From assembly GCA_050084515.1 (NCBI GenBank), contig CM114271.1:5828001-5892000 (forward strand): DNA of 64,000 nucleotides, written 5' to 3'. A program made the translations under genes and the position numbers. The number at the start of each line of letters is the position of its first letter. Position 1 is the first letter of the stretch. Below, in pieces: positions 38,953 to 50,607 of this stretch. Below the pieces are notes generated by a model. It had not been told where the DNA came from. It made no database searches and saw only the letters and a program-made list of their open reading frames with translations. Origin of the DNA: Blasia pusilla. Taxonomy: Eukaryota.

Positions 38953-41900
38953 CAACCACCGGCATCTGCGTCGAAGAGTCCTACCTGTAGTCACGATGGA
39001 GACTTGGGAGCCAGATATGGGCCCTAAGTTGATAGGAGGAGAGCGGCGCCGGATATACCAGTTCCTTAGGAGTTGTAGGAGCTGTTTTGCATTTAGCATG
39101 CATGATTTTGGTACGTTGAAGGGTCCAGGGATCAGCATTGAGTTGTCGAGTGACACGCCAATCTTCCCACGATCCGACAGATATAGTGACATGGAGAGGG
39201 CTCTGATTCAGAGTAGGAGCTAGGACTTGGTTGGAGCAGGACTAGTGGAGATGTCACATGGAGAGTATGCATCTGCCACTGTCATGCCTGCCAAGAAGGA
39301 TGTGCATGGGAGTAGGATGGATAGGCGGATGTGTGGAGATTATCGACCAATCAATCGCCAGATGAAGTCCAATAGATATGCCATGCCCATCCCTGAGGAG
39401 ATTTTTTATACTACTGGGCATGCAAAGGTCTTTAGTTTGCTAGATCTTCAATCCGGATACCATCAGTTGCGTATCAGATTGGAGGACAGGTTGAAGACGG
39501 AATTTTGGGGCATCAATCCTCACGAGAAGGATTGTTTGTACTAGTGGCGGTTCTTACCATTTGGGTTAAAGAACGCCCCGGCTGAGTTTGAGAGGGTCAT
39601 GGATAGGATCTTGGCAGGTCTGGATTTTGGTAGGTTTTATATTGATGACATCGTAGTTTTAGCGCCACAGTTGAGGAGCATGAGCGACATCTAGAGGAGG
39701 TGTTTTGATGATTGCAGTTTCATAAGCTGAAGCTACATCCAGGTAAGTGCAAGTTCTTCTACGACCAGATTAAGTACCGAGGGCATATGATATACTCAAA
39801 GGGGCCTTGGTGTGCATTAGACAAAGGTGGAGGCTATTTCACGCATTCCACGCCCTACAGATGTGAGTCGAGTTCGTGCATTCATGGGATTGGCAAACTT
39901 CTATCCAAGGTACGTCAAGGATTTCAGTTTGATTGCAAAGCCACTGACCTTGCTGACCAAGATGGATCAAGAGTGGCACTAGGGGATGAGCAGGAGAGAG
40001 CATTTCACCAACTCAAGGACAGATTGATGTGTGCGCCTATATTGAGGAGACCGATCAGGGCGTCCTTTCCAGTTGCATACTGATTGGAGCATGTTGGGGC
40101 TTGGAGCCATGCTCACCCAACATGATGATGAGGATAGAGAGTTCATGGTGGCTTATGTTAGTAGTTTGAACAAAAATGCAAAGGCAAAGTATAGCTCGTA
40201 TGAGGGTGAGTGTTTGGCGTGCAGGCTATTGCGCATTTCAGGTGTTATATATTCGGGAACCCATTTACCATCATAACTAATCATCAGCCACTTCAATGGT
40301 TGATGGAGTTTGACAAGCTTACAGGGAAGCTTGCAAGGTGGGCTCTATTGTTGCAGGAGTATGATTTCCAGATGGTGCGTAGACCTGGGATGCTCAACCA
40401 AGATGTAGATGGTTTGAGCCTTAACCCATGCTCGAGTCAGAGAGATATGACTCGAGCTTGCTGGCATGGAGAGAGTGATGAGGAGTTGGTGCCAAGATGG
40501 CACCCATCAGCCTATTTGGGCTTGTTGGCTATGGAGATCCAAATTGTTGAGACTTCGATGGCGAGGTCTAATGGAGAGTCCTTAGATCTAGAGGCCGATG
40601 AGGAGACGACAGGTGGCTGAGACATTCACGACGATGGATTAGTCTTACAATACCTACATAATGGCAGCGTCATGAGCACAATGGATGCTAGAGAGCGGGA
40701 TCGGATCCTACAGCGAGCCAGACGGTTCCAATGGGAGGGGACACATGTGTTGCAAGTGTGGGAGGATGGTAGGATACGTGTAGTGCCTCATCCTTCACAG
40801 AGAGCAAGTTTTGTGCGTCATGCCCACAAGGAGTTGGATCATTTTGGAATGAAGCAGACATATAGCTTGCTCTAGATACAATATTGGTGGCGAGGCATGT
40901 AGATTGACGTTCATAAGTTTGTTCCCAGGTGCATGGTGTGTGGTCGGGTCCGAGCATCGTTCAATGCTCCGACTCCACAGTTGCATCCACTTCCGATCAT
41001 GGGTTTAGGTTATAGATGGAGTTTGGATTTAGCAGGACCTTTACCTTTCACGGAGCGCCATAGTGGTTATGTGTTGATGATGGTCGAGCACTTCTTGAAG
41101 TGGATAGAGTTGGTTGCATTGCATGACAAAGCAAGTGAGGGAGTAGCGTATGCCTTCCAAAATGAGTGTTGAGTCATTACGGTGCACCAATTGAGGTGTT
41201 GATAGACCGGGGTACAGAGTTTCGTGGGGAGTTTCAAGCCTTGTGTGATCATGGACTTATCGACCACCGCACCACTTCGCGATATCATCTTGAGGTGGAT
41301 GGACTATCGGAGAGGGTTGTGCAGACGGTGAAGAGAGGATTACGCAAGTATGGCTTGCAGAGAGGTCACCTAGGAGATTGGGACCTCTAGTTGCCATGGT
41401 TGGCAATGGGATAGAGATTCAGCACGCAGACATCGTACGTGCTACTTTATGGCCGAGCGATTTACCTACGGCTATTTATCGAGATGTTGGTGAGGTGTTG
41501 AATCTTGATGACCTTGATATATGGATGCGAACTTGTTCTCAGAGGGCTGAGTTGTTTCAGAGAGTGATGCCCATGGCGTTTGAGAACTTGGCGATTACGT
41601 AACATCAGAATACGTTGAGGTATGCGACTATTCGGGGACGTGATTATTGACTGACTATCCAGAGGTTTCATCAAGGAGACTATGTTACTTGTAACAGACG
41701 GAACCCACAACGTGGGATGTGACTACAGGGCGCACCATCTTGAGAGTGCGTGAGGTTTTGCCATCTGGTATTCTTTGAGTTGAGGGATGCGATGGTATGG
41801 TTTGGAAGGAGCATGTGTGTAACTGTGCGCCATGTCACCTTCCTAACATTGAAGGTATAGTTGATCTGAGCTTAGTAGTAGTTCATGTACGCTTGCAATG

Positions 41901-42048
41901 TATGTTGTATGGTTCCACTCGTGGTGCATCCACTATGCTAGTATGTGATGGATGTTCGAGAGGGTGGCATATGGCATGCCTGACGTCACCTCTCACTAGG
42001 ATTCATCGGGGACGGTGGATATATCCCTGATGTACACAGAGTAGGTAG
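38953..42048 (+). pseudogene. pol: Ty3/gypsy RT - RNase H - integrase - PHD finger, copy 2
   Basis: RMCGDYRPIN, LPFGLKNAP, YIDD, HTDWS, YSSYEGEC, HAHKELDHFG, WSLDLAGP, DRGTEF, and C-terminal CMLYG..CDGCSRGWHMACLTSPL..W. Confidence 0.92.
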
Positions 42049-43019
42049 TTCTAGATTCTGACTTGTATCTATGACATGGATGACAAAAAGGTGACTAACG
42101 ATGGGGCCACATGAGCACCCAAACATTTTGCTCTTAGCGTCTGAGAGATGTATGTCATGGTAGGTAGGGATAGATGGCTATTTGGAGTTAGAGCGATCTA
42201 ACCACGAGCTAGGGGGGCGATTGGAGATATTTTGGTACTTCTCGTCTCGTTGTTTGGATACCATGAGTTACCATGGGATCGTGTATGTTTGTGTGTATGT
42301 TCGATGACAACGATGAATGTTGTGTAGCGATGTGTATGTGCACAACAACTATCACGTCTTTTAGGATAGATTGGCGAGATCTAGTAGAGCACCTTCAGAG
42401 ATACTAGAGGACAGCCTCAGGAGGTCAATGATGACATGCGGAGGCCACGGGTAACGTGAGAGAGTAGGTTTCCCCTTCGTTTTGGCTCATTTGGAGCCAT
42501 ATAGAGAAACTTACTATTTCAGGTAAGTTTCCATTTGGACTATAGTTAAATTTCCACTTTCAGAAGTGGCCCTTGACCCGCTGTAGCAGGTCAAGAGCCA
42601 AGGAGGTGATCTACGAGCATAGGTTACCGTGGAGAGAGCTTGGGAGAGGGAAGGGGGTATACCTCAACGAGAGAGAGTTTGAGAGCTCATTCTCTCTTTG
42701 TTGAACCTCTTGGCATGAGGCGGCGGACCTATGGTCCTCCTTGCCTTGTGTGTGTAACCCAAGCCTCTCATTAGGAGAGTGGGTTTGGTTTGACATGAGA
42801 GAGAGTGCACACCATGGAGAGTTTGGTATGAGATGTGATGTGAGATTTCATTGATTTATTGGAGATATTTTGGTACTTCTTGTCTCATTGTTTGGATACC
42901 ATGAGTCAGCATGGGATCGTATATATGTGTGTGTCAGTTCAGTGAGAGCGATGTATGTTGTGTAGCGGTGTGTATGCGCACGACAGTAGAGAGTGTGACA
43001 TTTTATGAAAATCTTATAT

Positions 43020-44620
43020 TGAAAAGTAATTGATGGCTAGAAATTGTTACAATTGGAAAGTTGAAATGTTCGAGAAGATAAAATATCTTCAAAAGAACCA
43101 AACATAAGACTTGGTGAAATTTCTTGAGAACAAAAAGGAAATTGATGATAAGTGGGTACATAAAGAAAAGGGAGGAAATCCCCAAATATTAGGAGAGAGA
43201 TGTAGGAAAAAGCTTTTAGCAAAGGGATATGTAGTATTATGCACATAAGCAAGATATCCACTTCAACAAGATCTTCTCCTCAATGGTAAGGATTATGTAT
43301 GCTTGTATTTTGTTAGCCATTTTTGCATTCTATAATTTGAAGCTAGATTCAATGAGATGTGAAGATTTATTTTCTTCATGGAGAGTTAAAGAGGGAATTC
43401 AACATGCATCAAGCAAAAGAATTAAAGGTCCAAGGGAAAAGAAGATATGATGCGCAAATTGAAGAAGTCTCTGTGTGGACTAAAAAAACCTTTTGTGACT
43501 TGACGATGGCACAAAAGGTTTGATGCCTTCACGACCAAGAAAGGTTATATCAAAATTGAATTAGAAGTGGGAGAACTCCAAGTATTTATCTTGGTATTAT
43601 ATATTGATAATATGTTGATAATTATATTACACGTGGCTAAGAATAACATAATTAGAATGCAACTTAGCAAAGAGTTTGATATTAAGGATCTAAGTTGTGC
43701 ATGTACAAAGGGTCTAGGGAAAGACATTCAAAAGGACAAGGAGTATTTATTGTTGATATCTCAAAGTTAGTTAACAGAGAAGGTGTTGGCATGCTATGAT
43801 GGCATGGATGATTCAAAGTCAATCGTTGCTCTCTTCAATACAATATCCTACCATAGAAGACAACAAAAATACGTGTCTATTATCCCTTATGGAAGTGTGG
43901 TGGGAAGTTTGATGTATGCAATAGTATGTACAATATCAAACATCTTGTATATTGTGAGTATATTTAGAAGATATATGGTGGATCCAAGGAAGGAGCACTA
44001 GGAGGCTATGAGGTGGATGCTTTGGTATTTTAAGGTGAGTATGGATGTTGGTATTATGCTTCATATAGACTATGTGAGAAAAGGAAATGTGACATATTTT
44101 GGGGTTCTAAATTTTATGGAGATCTAGACAAGAAGAGACCCATTACAAGTGATGTGCTTAGATTGGAAAATGTTCTTATAAGCTGAAATCAACATTGCAC
44201 CCCACCATTGCTTTGTACACTACAATGACACGATATATATTTGGTAGTTAGAGAAGTAGCAAAGAAGGATATCTAATTCAGTTGATTTATTGGTGAACTT
44301 CGGTTAATTCAAGATCAATTTATATTTCATTGTGAATCTATGATAGCCATTGTGAAATTCACTTGGATAAAGAAAACAAGTGCATCGCTTGGGCAAACAA
44401 GACTATTGATATTAGATATCATAACACTCGGAAGGTTTTGTATGATAATGAAGTTTGTATGCATAAGACATGTATGAAATTAAATGTGGACATGTTGATA
44501 TGGGCAAACAAGACTGTTGATATTAGATATCATAACACTCGGAAGGTTTTATATGATAATGAAGTTTGTATGCATAAGACATGCATGAAATTAAATATGG
44601 ACATGTTGATACGATCAGAA
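43020..44620 (+). pseudogene. highly decayed Ty1/copia RT/RNase H relic
   Basis: FLHGEL, LVLYIDNMLI, IPYGSVVGSLMYAIVCT, TIDIRYH. Confidence 0.75.
44390..44611 (+). repeat. 111-bp direct tandem duplication
   Basis: 44390-44500 and 44501-44611 are nearly identical. Confidence 0.95.
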
Positions 44621-47460
44621 AAGTTCCTTTCAAATTATACATTTTGAAATAAAAAATATGGAAAAATCAAGAAGGTGCACAAAGTGATATTTGTACAATA
44701 TGTATTTAATTCTTACATTTTTTTCTCTCTCTTTAAACATTTTTATTTGACATTTAAAAAAATCTATTTTACGTGGATCTTGAATCTATATATTAACTTA
44801 ACATTTTTTCAAAAATATTTTATCATTTTAAGGGTCGTGTAAATATTGGTAGGAGAATGATGTTTAAACACGAGCTATTAATAAGGGTCCATCCCTTGCG
44901 AACATTTTAAAAAAATCCAAATTTGTATACCCCAAAATAATAAAAAAATTCAATCGAAGATACTACATTTCCAAAAACGTGCATCTCTTATTTCTAAATT
45001 GTGGAGCATTCCGAAGTGTTTTCCTTCGTGATCATAAAAATTAGTGCCCGTGACAATCCTCTCTCTAGGGTATTAGGAACACCCCCTCTTACGACTCAGC
45101 CAGACCTGCCCCGTATTCAAACCCTTCCTCTGGGTATTAGGAACACGTTCAACCATGTAAGAGTCATGGAACAGACCTCCCCAAATTATATAGATGTAAT
45201 TATAGGATAGATGAAAAGATTCAAAACAAAGTGGTTTGGACTCTGGAGGACTTTTAAGTAAATGCGACCCCAAAAATTCCAGAAAAAAGAAAAGCAAGCA
45301 CATATCGCGTCTTTATGAACACAGCTCGAAAACAACGTGTGAACCCACGCCCCAGACAGCGAACTGAAACAATACTCACTCTGTCAGTTATCCCTTAATG
45401 AGCCCTCTCCTCTCAGGCTCTCACTCGCGCTTGTCCTTGTCATCATTGATAAATTTATTTTATTTTATTATTGTCGCTCATTCATAAATTCGTGTATGTG
45501 GGTATTTCGGTATTGGGGCCCCCTAGTGCTACAAGTTTGGGTATTGGGCACTAGTAGGGGAGGGGGCCCAATACCCACACACACGAGCATTGATAGATGG
45601 GTTTGGGTACAATGCTTTAATACACTTGCACCACCAATAACTTGCCAAAACGAGCCCATATTTCGAGGATGGTATTTTACTACGAGGCCTTGAGTGGTAG
45701 CCTAGCCTAGCCTCGTTTTGTCCTGCATGGCTCGTATTCCTTTGCATGCATCCATACAAGTTTTTTTTGCCTTTTTTGTATCATGTGGAGAAACTTGTTG
45801 CTCTTTTGGGTGGAGTTTGGGAATGGTTGACCATTTGGTGTTTCTCTAGAAGCACATGAGTGGGGACGAAAACCAACCTTGCTCACCAACCAACCAACAA
45901 AGACAGAGGGTAAGATGTGGAGAGATGAGCCCATGGAGAAGTTTTGTGCATATGCATTCTCTTATCGTGTCTTTGTCTCATTCATGCAGCAATGAAGGAA
46001 ACTCATGGAGATATGAGATATGGACCACACGTATGCTTTGCAATTGGATCCCGTTCGTTGAGTTAAATTATTAAATTCTCCTATCTCGATCTTATAAAGG
46101 AACTATTTGAAAAGAGTTATCTTCCATAGAAGTTAAAGTTCTAGGAATTATGCATGGGGCAAGCCATGGATCTAGTAGTAGGAGGAGGTATATATATCTC
46201 TCTAATTCCAACTTAAAACGTGTGGGGTCACTAGCTGAGCTCCAAAAAATTTGGGGGGAAATGTTTGGATTATCCCCTAACTTTTGGATCCATCCATCAT
46301 TGCCTTGGAAAAAAATGAGCTAAGGATAAGTTTTTTTCTTAGAGTATGGGAGAAAATAGGAGATGTGGTGGGGAGCATTGTTGTCTTCATATTATCCCTT
46401 GAAACCAACATTACGCAAGAGGTCCCTTTAGTGGGCTCTTAAGTTTGTTTTCATGAAGATATTTCTTCAATATATTTGACTCTCGGGTATGTTATGTTAT
46501 ATTATGATGTGATTTTGTTTTGTTTCTTGTTGGAGATCTCATAGACTTGGCACCGGTTTCCACATGAGCAAGATGGCTAGGTGAGAAACTTTGTTAAGCA
46601 CCCTTGCATCCAAGGTGCCGAGTTGTGCAATGAATGTTTCAAGCATACCTGTCATGATTTCTTCAAGATTCCAACCTTTCTCTTGTCGTCCCTTGACTCT
46701 TTTCATCTCTTGAGAAGGAAGTCTCATGAAGAGATTGGACTTCATAAAGTCCATGTATTTTCCACAACTATTCTCTTGTGACACTTAGCCAAGAGATAAA
46801 AGCTTGAATCCATTATTTGAATAGAATCTATCACACTAGAGGAGGAGGATGGGATGTAGTGGTCGTTATATGTCACCCACACACACGAATTATGTACATT
46901 TTTTTTATATTCTATGTTTTATGATTTTAAGTAGCATCCAATATTACTATAATTTTAAATATAACAAAATATTTTTATAGATCATATTGTGGATGAACAC
47001 ACCTTCTTCATGGAAACATAATTGCTTCCTTATATGATATAAGTGGGACTTCCGGTTTGAATTTCCTCGGAAAAAGAATTGTAACCACAAGGGCATAATC
47101 TGTAATTTCCAATGGAAAATGATTCAAAAGTTTTTGGAAGTAAAAAAAGTAAGAGATAAATTTTGGCATTGCAAAGATATCAAAATTATTTTGGAGTGAA
47201 AGTAAAAGAAGAATTAATTTATTTGGAAAACATAATAGAGAAGAAATTCCAATAAAAGAAACAGATAGAAAAGAAATCGAGAGATATTAAAGAAAATAAA
47301 CATCACTCAAAATATTTCCATGGGTAATTTCAACGATTATGAGATCTTATAGAGAGATTGTGACAATTATTTTTCAAAATAAAATCCTGAAAAGAACTTA
47401 CGAATGATGAATCCTTTTCATAGACGACACAAAAGTAAAGTGCTTAATATGAAGACTTAC

Positions 47461-47737
47461 CCTTGTGCCTATTCATCCTCGGGTTTTCTAACCCGAGGTT
47501 GGGTTAGTTAACATGATTCCTCTCCAAAGTTCTCTTATAGAAGACAGTTAAATGTTTTATGTTCTCCTTATTAGTATGTAAGAGAATGTGTAGTATAATG
47601 GGCAACTTCTCCCCTTGCTGAGCAGCAGGTTTTGTGTTAAAATCTAGCTGGTGCACTCATTTTTTCTTAAGTGTCCCTCACCACTTAACTCGACTCTCAC
47701 CCTCCATGGCTTAGCCCAAGGATGAATAGGCACGAGG
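47461..47737. mobile_element. 277-bp MITE with ~25-bp TIRs and an 8-bp TSD
   Basis: CCTTGTGCCTATTCATCCTCGGGTT ... AGCCCAAGGATGAATAGGCACGAGG; flanks AGACTTAC / TGACTTAC. Confidence 0.75.
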
Positions 47738-48438
47738 TGACTTACTAACGTTCACAATACTTATAGTTAACTTTTTCATTCATTCATTCACGTATAAATA
47801 TATATTGCTACATAGATCTTACTTAGATTAGAAAAATAATTGGTTTGCTCACTAGGATAGGAAAATGAGAAAATCCCTAAATGAAGAATTGCAAAATTGC
47901 ATATGGAAAAAAATCATGTTTGTGGACATGTCCATGCCCATAAACTTACGTCTGTCCTATGGAAGGACTTGTTCATGTGGGCCTCACGATTCTAAATATG
48001 TACCATCTCCCACCTAAACTTATCTATCCATGTACGTCTTAAAGATGCATATCTCTGTTTCTAAACAACCATGACTTAGAATTGAAAGAACGATTTCCCT
48101 TTCGTATGAATATCCATTTAATTATGAAAAAAATAAACTTCAAATGAGGACAAAGAAAGGTAATAACATCTCAAGAAGGGGAGGATTCAAGGATTCAATA
48201 AATGCACAATGAAATGCAAAAATAAAATGCCAATAATCCAACATAAACACTAAATCAATTAGCACCTCGATTAGTAGCATGAAAAAAATATGACAAGAAC
48301 ATTAGTCGGTGCTCTAATGGAATGGACGTAATGAATGAATGGACGACGATGTGAGTGACCCGTAACCTCTTCCGCTCAACATATCAACAACAAAGCTTGC
48401 ACATATTGTAAGGCCATCGAGATGCATTGCCAAAAATT

Positions 48439-48470
<32 letters not shown>

Positions 48471-48554
48471 GACTACGAGAAGGGGAAAGATGATAATTCT
48501 TGCGGGAGTGGTGAACAAATATTTTCATGAAAGTATCAAAAGATATATGTAAGT

Positions 48555-49068
48555 TGTCACATCTCTTAAGATAGATCGGTGAGATCTAGTAGAGCGCCTT
48601 CGTGAGTAGCGGAGTAGAGGCTCAGTAGGTCAAGGATGACGTGCTGAGGCCCCGGGAAACTTGAGAGAGCAGGTTTTCTCTTCGTTTCGGCTCATTTGGA
48701 GCCATATTGAGGAACTTACTATTTTATGTAAGTATCATTTTGAGTATATGATCTACTTTATATTTTTGGTAAGTGGCCCTTGACCTCTTACATCAGGTCA
48801 AGAGCCAAGGAGGTGACTTGGGAGCATAGATTACCATGGAGAGAGCTTGGGAGAGGGGAGGGATATACCTCAAGGAGAGAGAGCTTGAGAGCTCATTCTC
48901 TCTTTGTTGAACCTCTTGGCATAAGGCGGCAGAGCTATGGTCCCTTGCCTTGTGAGTGTAACCCAAGCCTCTCATTAGGAAAGTGGGTTTGGTTTGACAT
49001 GAGAGAGAGTGCACACCTTTGAGGGCTATGGTGTGAGATGGTGTAGAGAGAGATTGGATCTTATTTTA
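48555..49068 (+). repeat. terminal repeat block A1 (514 bp)
   Basis: Direct repeat of 58222-58735. Confidence 0.93.
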
Positions 49069-49083
49069 CAAAGAGAGAATGAG
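49068..49083 (+). promoter_or_regulatory. putative self-priming primer binding site
   Basis: ACAAAGAGAGAATGAG is the exact reverse complement of CTCATTCTCTCTTTGT (48892-48907), an initiator-like site ~30 bp after a TATA-like GATATAC. No TGG-type tRNA PBS follows A1. Confidence 0.6.
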
Positions 49084-50607
49084 AGAGTGAGAGAGCTTCA
49101 TGGGGGAGCTCGCTGGTCACTCGCTGTTTTTTCAGGTTGGAGAATGTGTTCCCCATTCAGCGGCTCATGGGAGTGCTCACCGGAGCAAGGGTTGCTTTGA
49201 TTGTTCTTTGCATTTGCCGATTTTTTGTGTGGAAGAGTGGCGCGCGGAAGTGCTGCCCAATTTTTGATAGGGATTGATTATGGGGGCGGATTGCCCCATG
49301 CCGGTGCTCTTGGGAGCACCATGCAGCTTGCTGATTTGTATTTTTACAGGTTTTACATTTTCGTTGGGAGAAATCAGCGCGGAAGCGCTACCAAATTTTG
49401 TGTAGGACAAAGAGACATTGGGCTTTACGACAGTCCCCGTCAGTTTTTAGTGGAATGTTTGATTCTAAATATTTTTTGACGTTGTTGTAGATCGTAAGGT
49501 TGTGCAAGATGTGCAATAAATAGTTTGCAATTTGGAGTTGCGAGCAAAAAGTTATGGTCAATCTTGAAAAACTGCCATTGCTTGGCGATTTTTAGGGTTA
49601 AATTGTTCAAACCCTAAACCAGCCGCCACACTGGCGGCGGCTGTCGCCGTCATAGTCACCATCAGCGGTCCACCATCGATGGTCAACCATCACCATCAAT
49701 GGTCAACCGTCAACCATCACCGTCACCGGTCGGCCATCACCATCAACGGTCCACCGTCACCGTCAACGGTGTACCGTATGTTGTCCACCCTTTGGTTGCC
49801 ATTGCCACCATTATGGAGTGGAGGGTCTTCCACGGCGTTCGTTGATTCTCTGACTTGCGTTGCCACCACGTACTTTGTTTTGGCCACCACCGTCATCGCA
49901 GTTTTGTCATCAACCAGTCATGGCAGATGACCTCTGGTTATGGTATTTGAGTTTGCTATGTTGTGATTTGTAGCCTCTCGACGAAGATTGGGTACCGTGC
50001 CGTGACGCTCATAGCCGCAACGCGCCGCCGATTGCTGCGCCGTGCCGCTCATGGCCGCACCGCACCATCTCGATCACAGAAGCGCTCCTTCACTAAGGAG
50101 CAGAGCGTGTGAATTGCTGATTGAGGAGGGTATGCCACCGAGTGCCGCACCCCATTCCCAAGTGCAGTGTTGTTTGTAGTCGTTCCGTGCCGCCAGTGCC
50201 GCACCGGACCGCTCAACCTGCACCGCACATCGAGGAAGTTGAGCAGCGTCAAACGAGAGGAGTACGACTTGCTGATTGGAGGAGTTTTCTTCACGACCGA
50301 GTTGGGGTCGAGATTTGCAGTTGTTGAGGAGCGATATCGACATGTGTTCAGGTTACCCATTCTGGTCCTTTACCCTACATGTGTGAGGGATTCTGGGTAG
50401 TTTATTTGGGGATATTGGGTTGTGTGGATGCTGAGAGCATCATTCATGTATGTGGTTTAGGGGACATAGACCTGTGTTGGATGTCCGGAGTTGAGGGTAG
50501 GTTGTCGATGAGATGATAGTCTGGTCGATTGGCCGCACCATGCCGCGTGTTGCCGCACGTTACACGGGGAGGGAGAGTGTAGATTGAGTGCTGCATGTTT
50601 GGGATGA

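Larger units (their letters stand above)
37816..42985 (+). mobile_element. DNMT/PHD-bearing Ty3/gypsy element, copy 2 (about 5.1 kb internal deletion)
   Basis: Partial A1 (37816-37950) is fused directly to DNMT motif IV, then RT-RH-INT-PHD, PPT (42211-42220), B1 (42221-42347), A2 (42350-42858), B2 (42859-42985). Collinear with 53836-58862. No TSD found. Confidence 0.9.

Noticed and set aside
46380-46860. Possible gypsy integrase relic
   Set aside because: Only faint motif echoes across multiple frameshifts.
50400-50445. Weak resemblance to the start of block B in the element leader
   Set aside because: Short, gapped, low-complexity match; not a displaced 5' B block.
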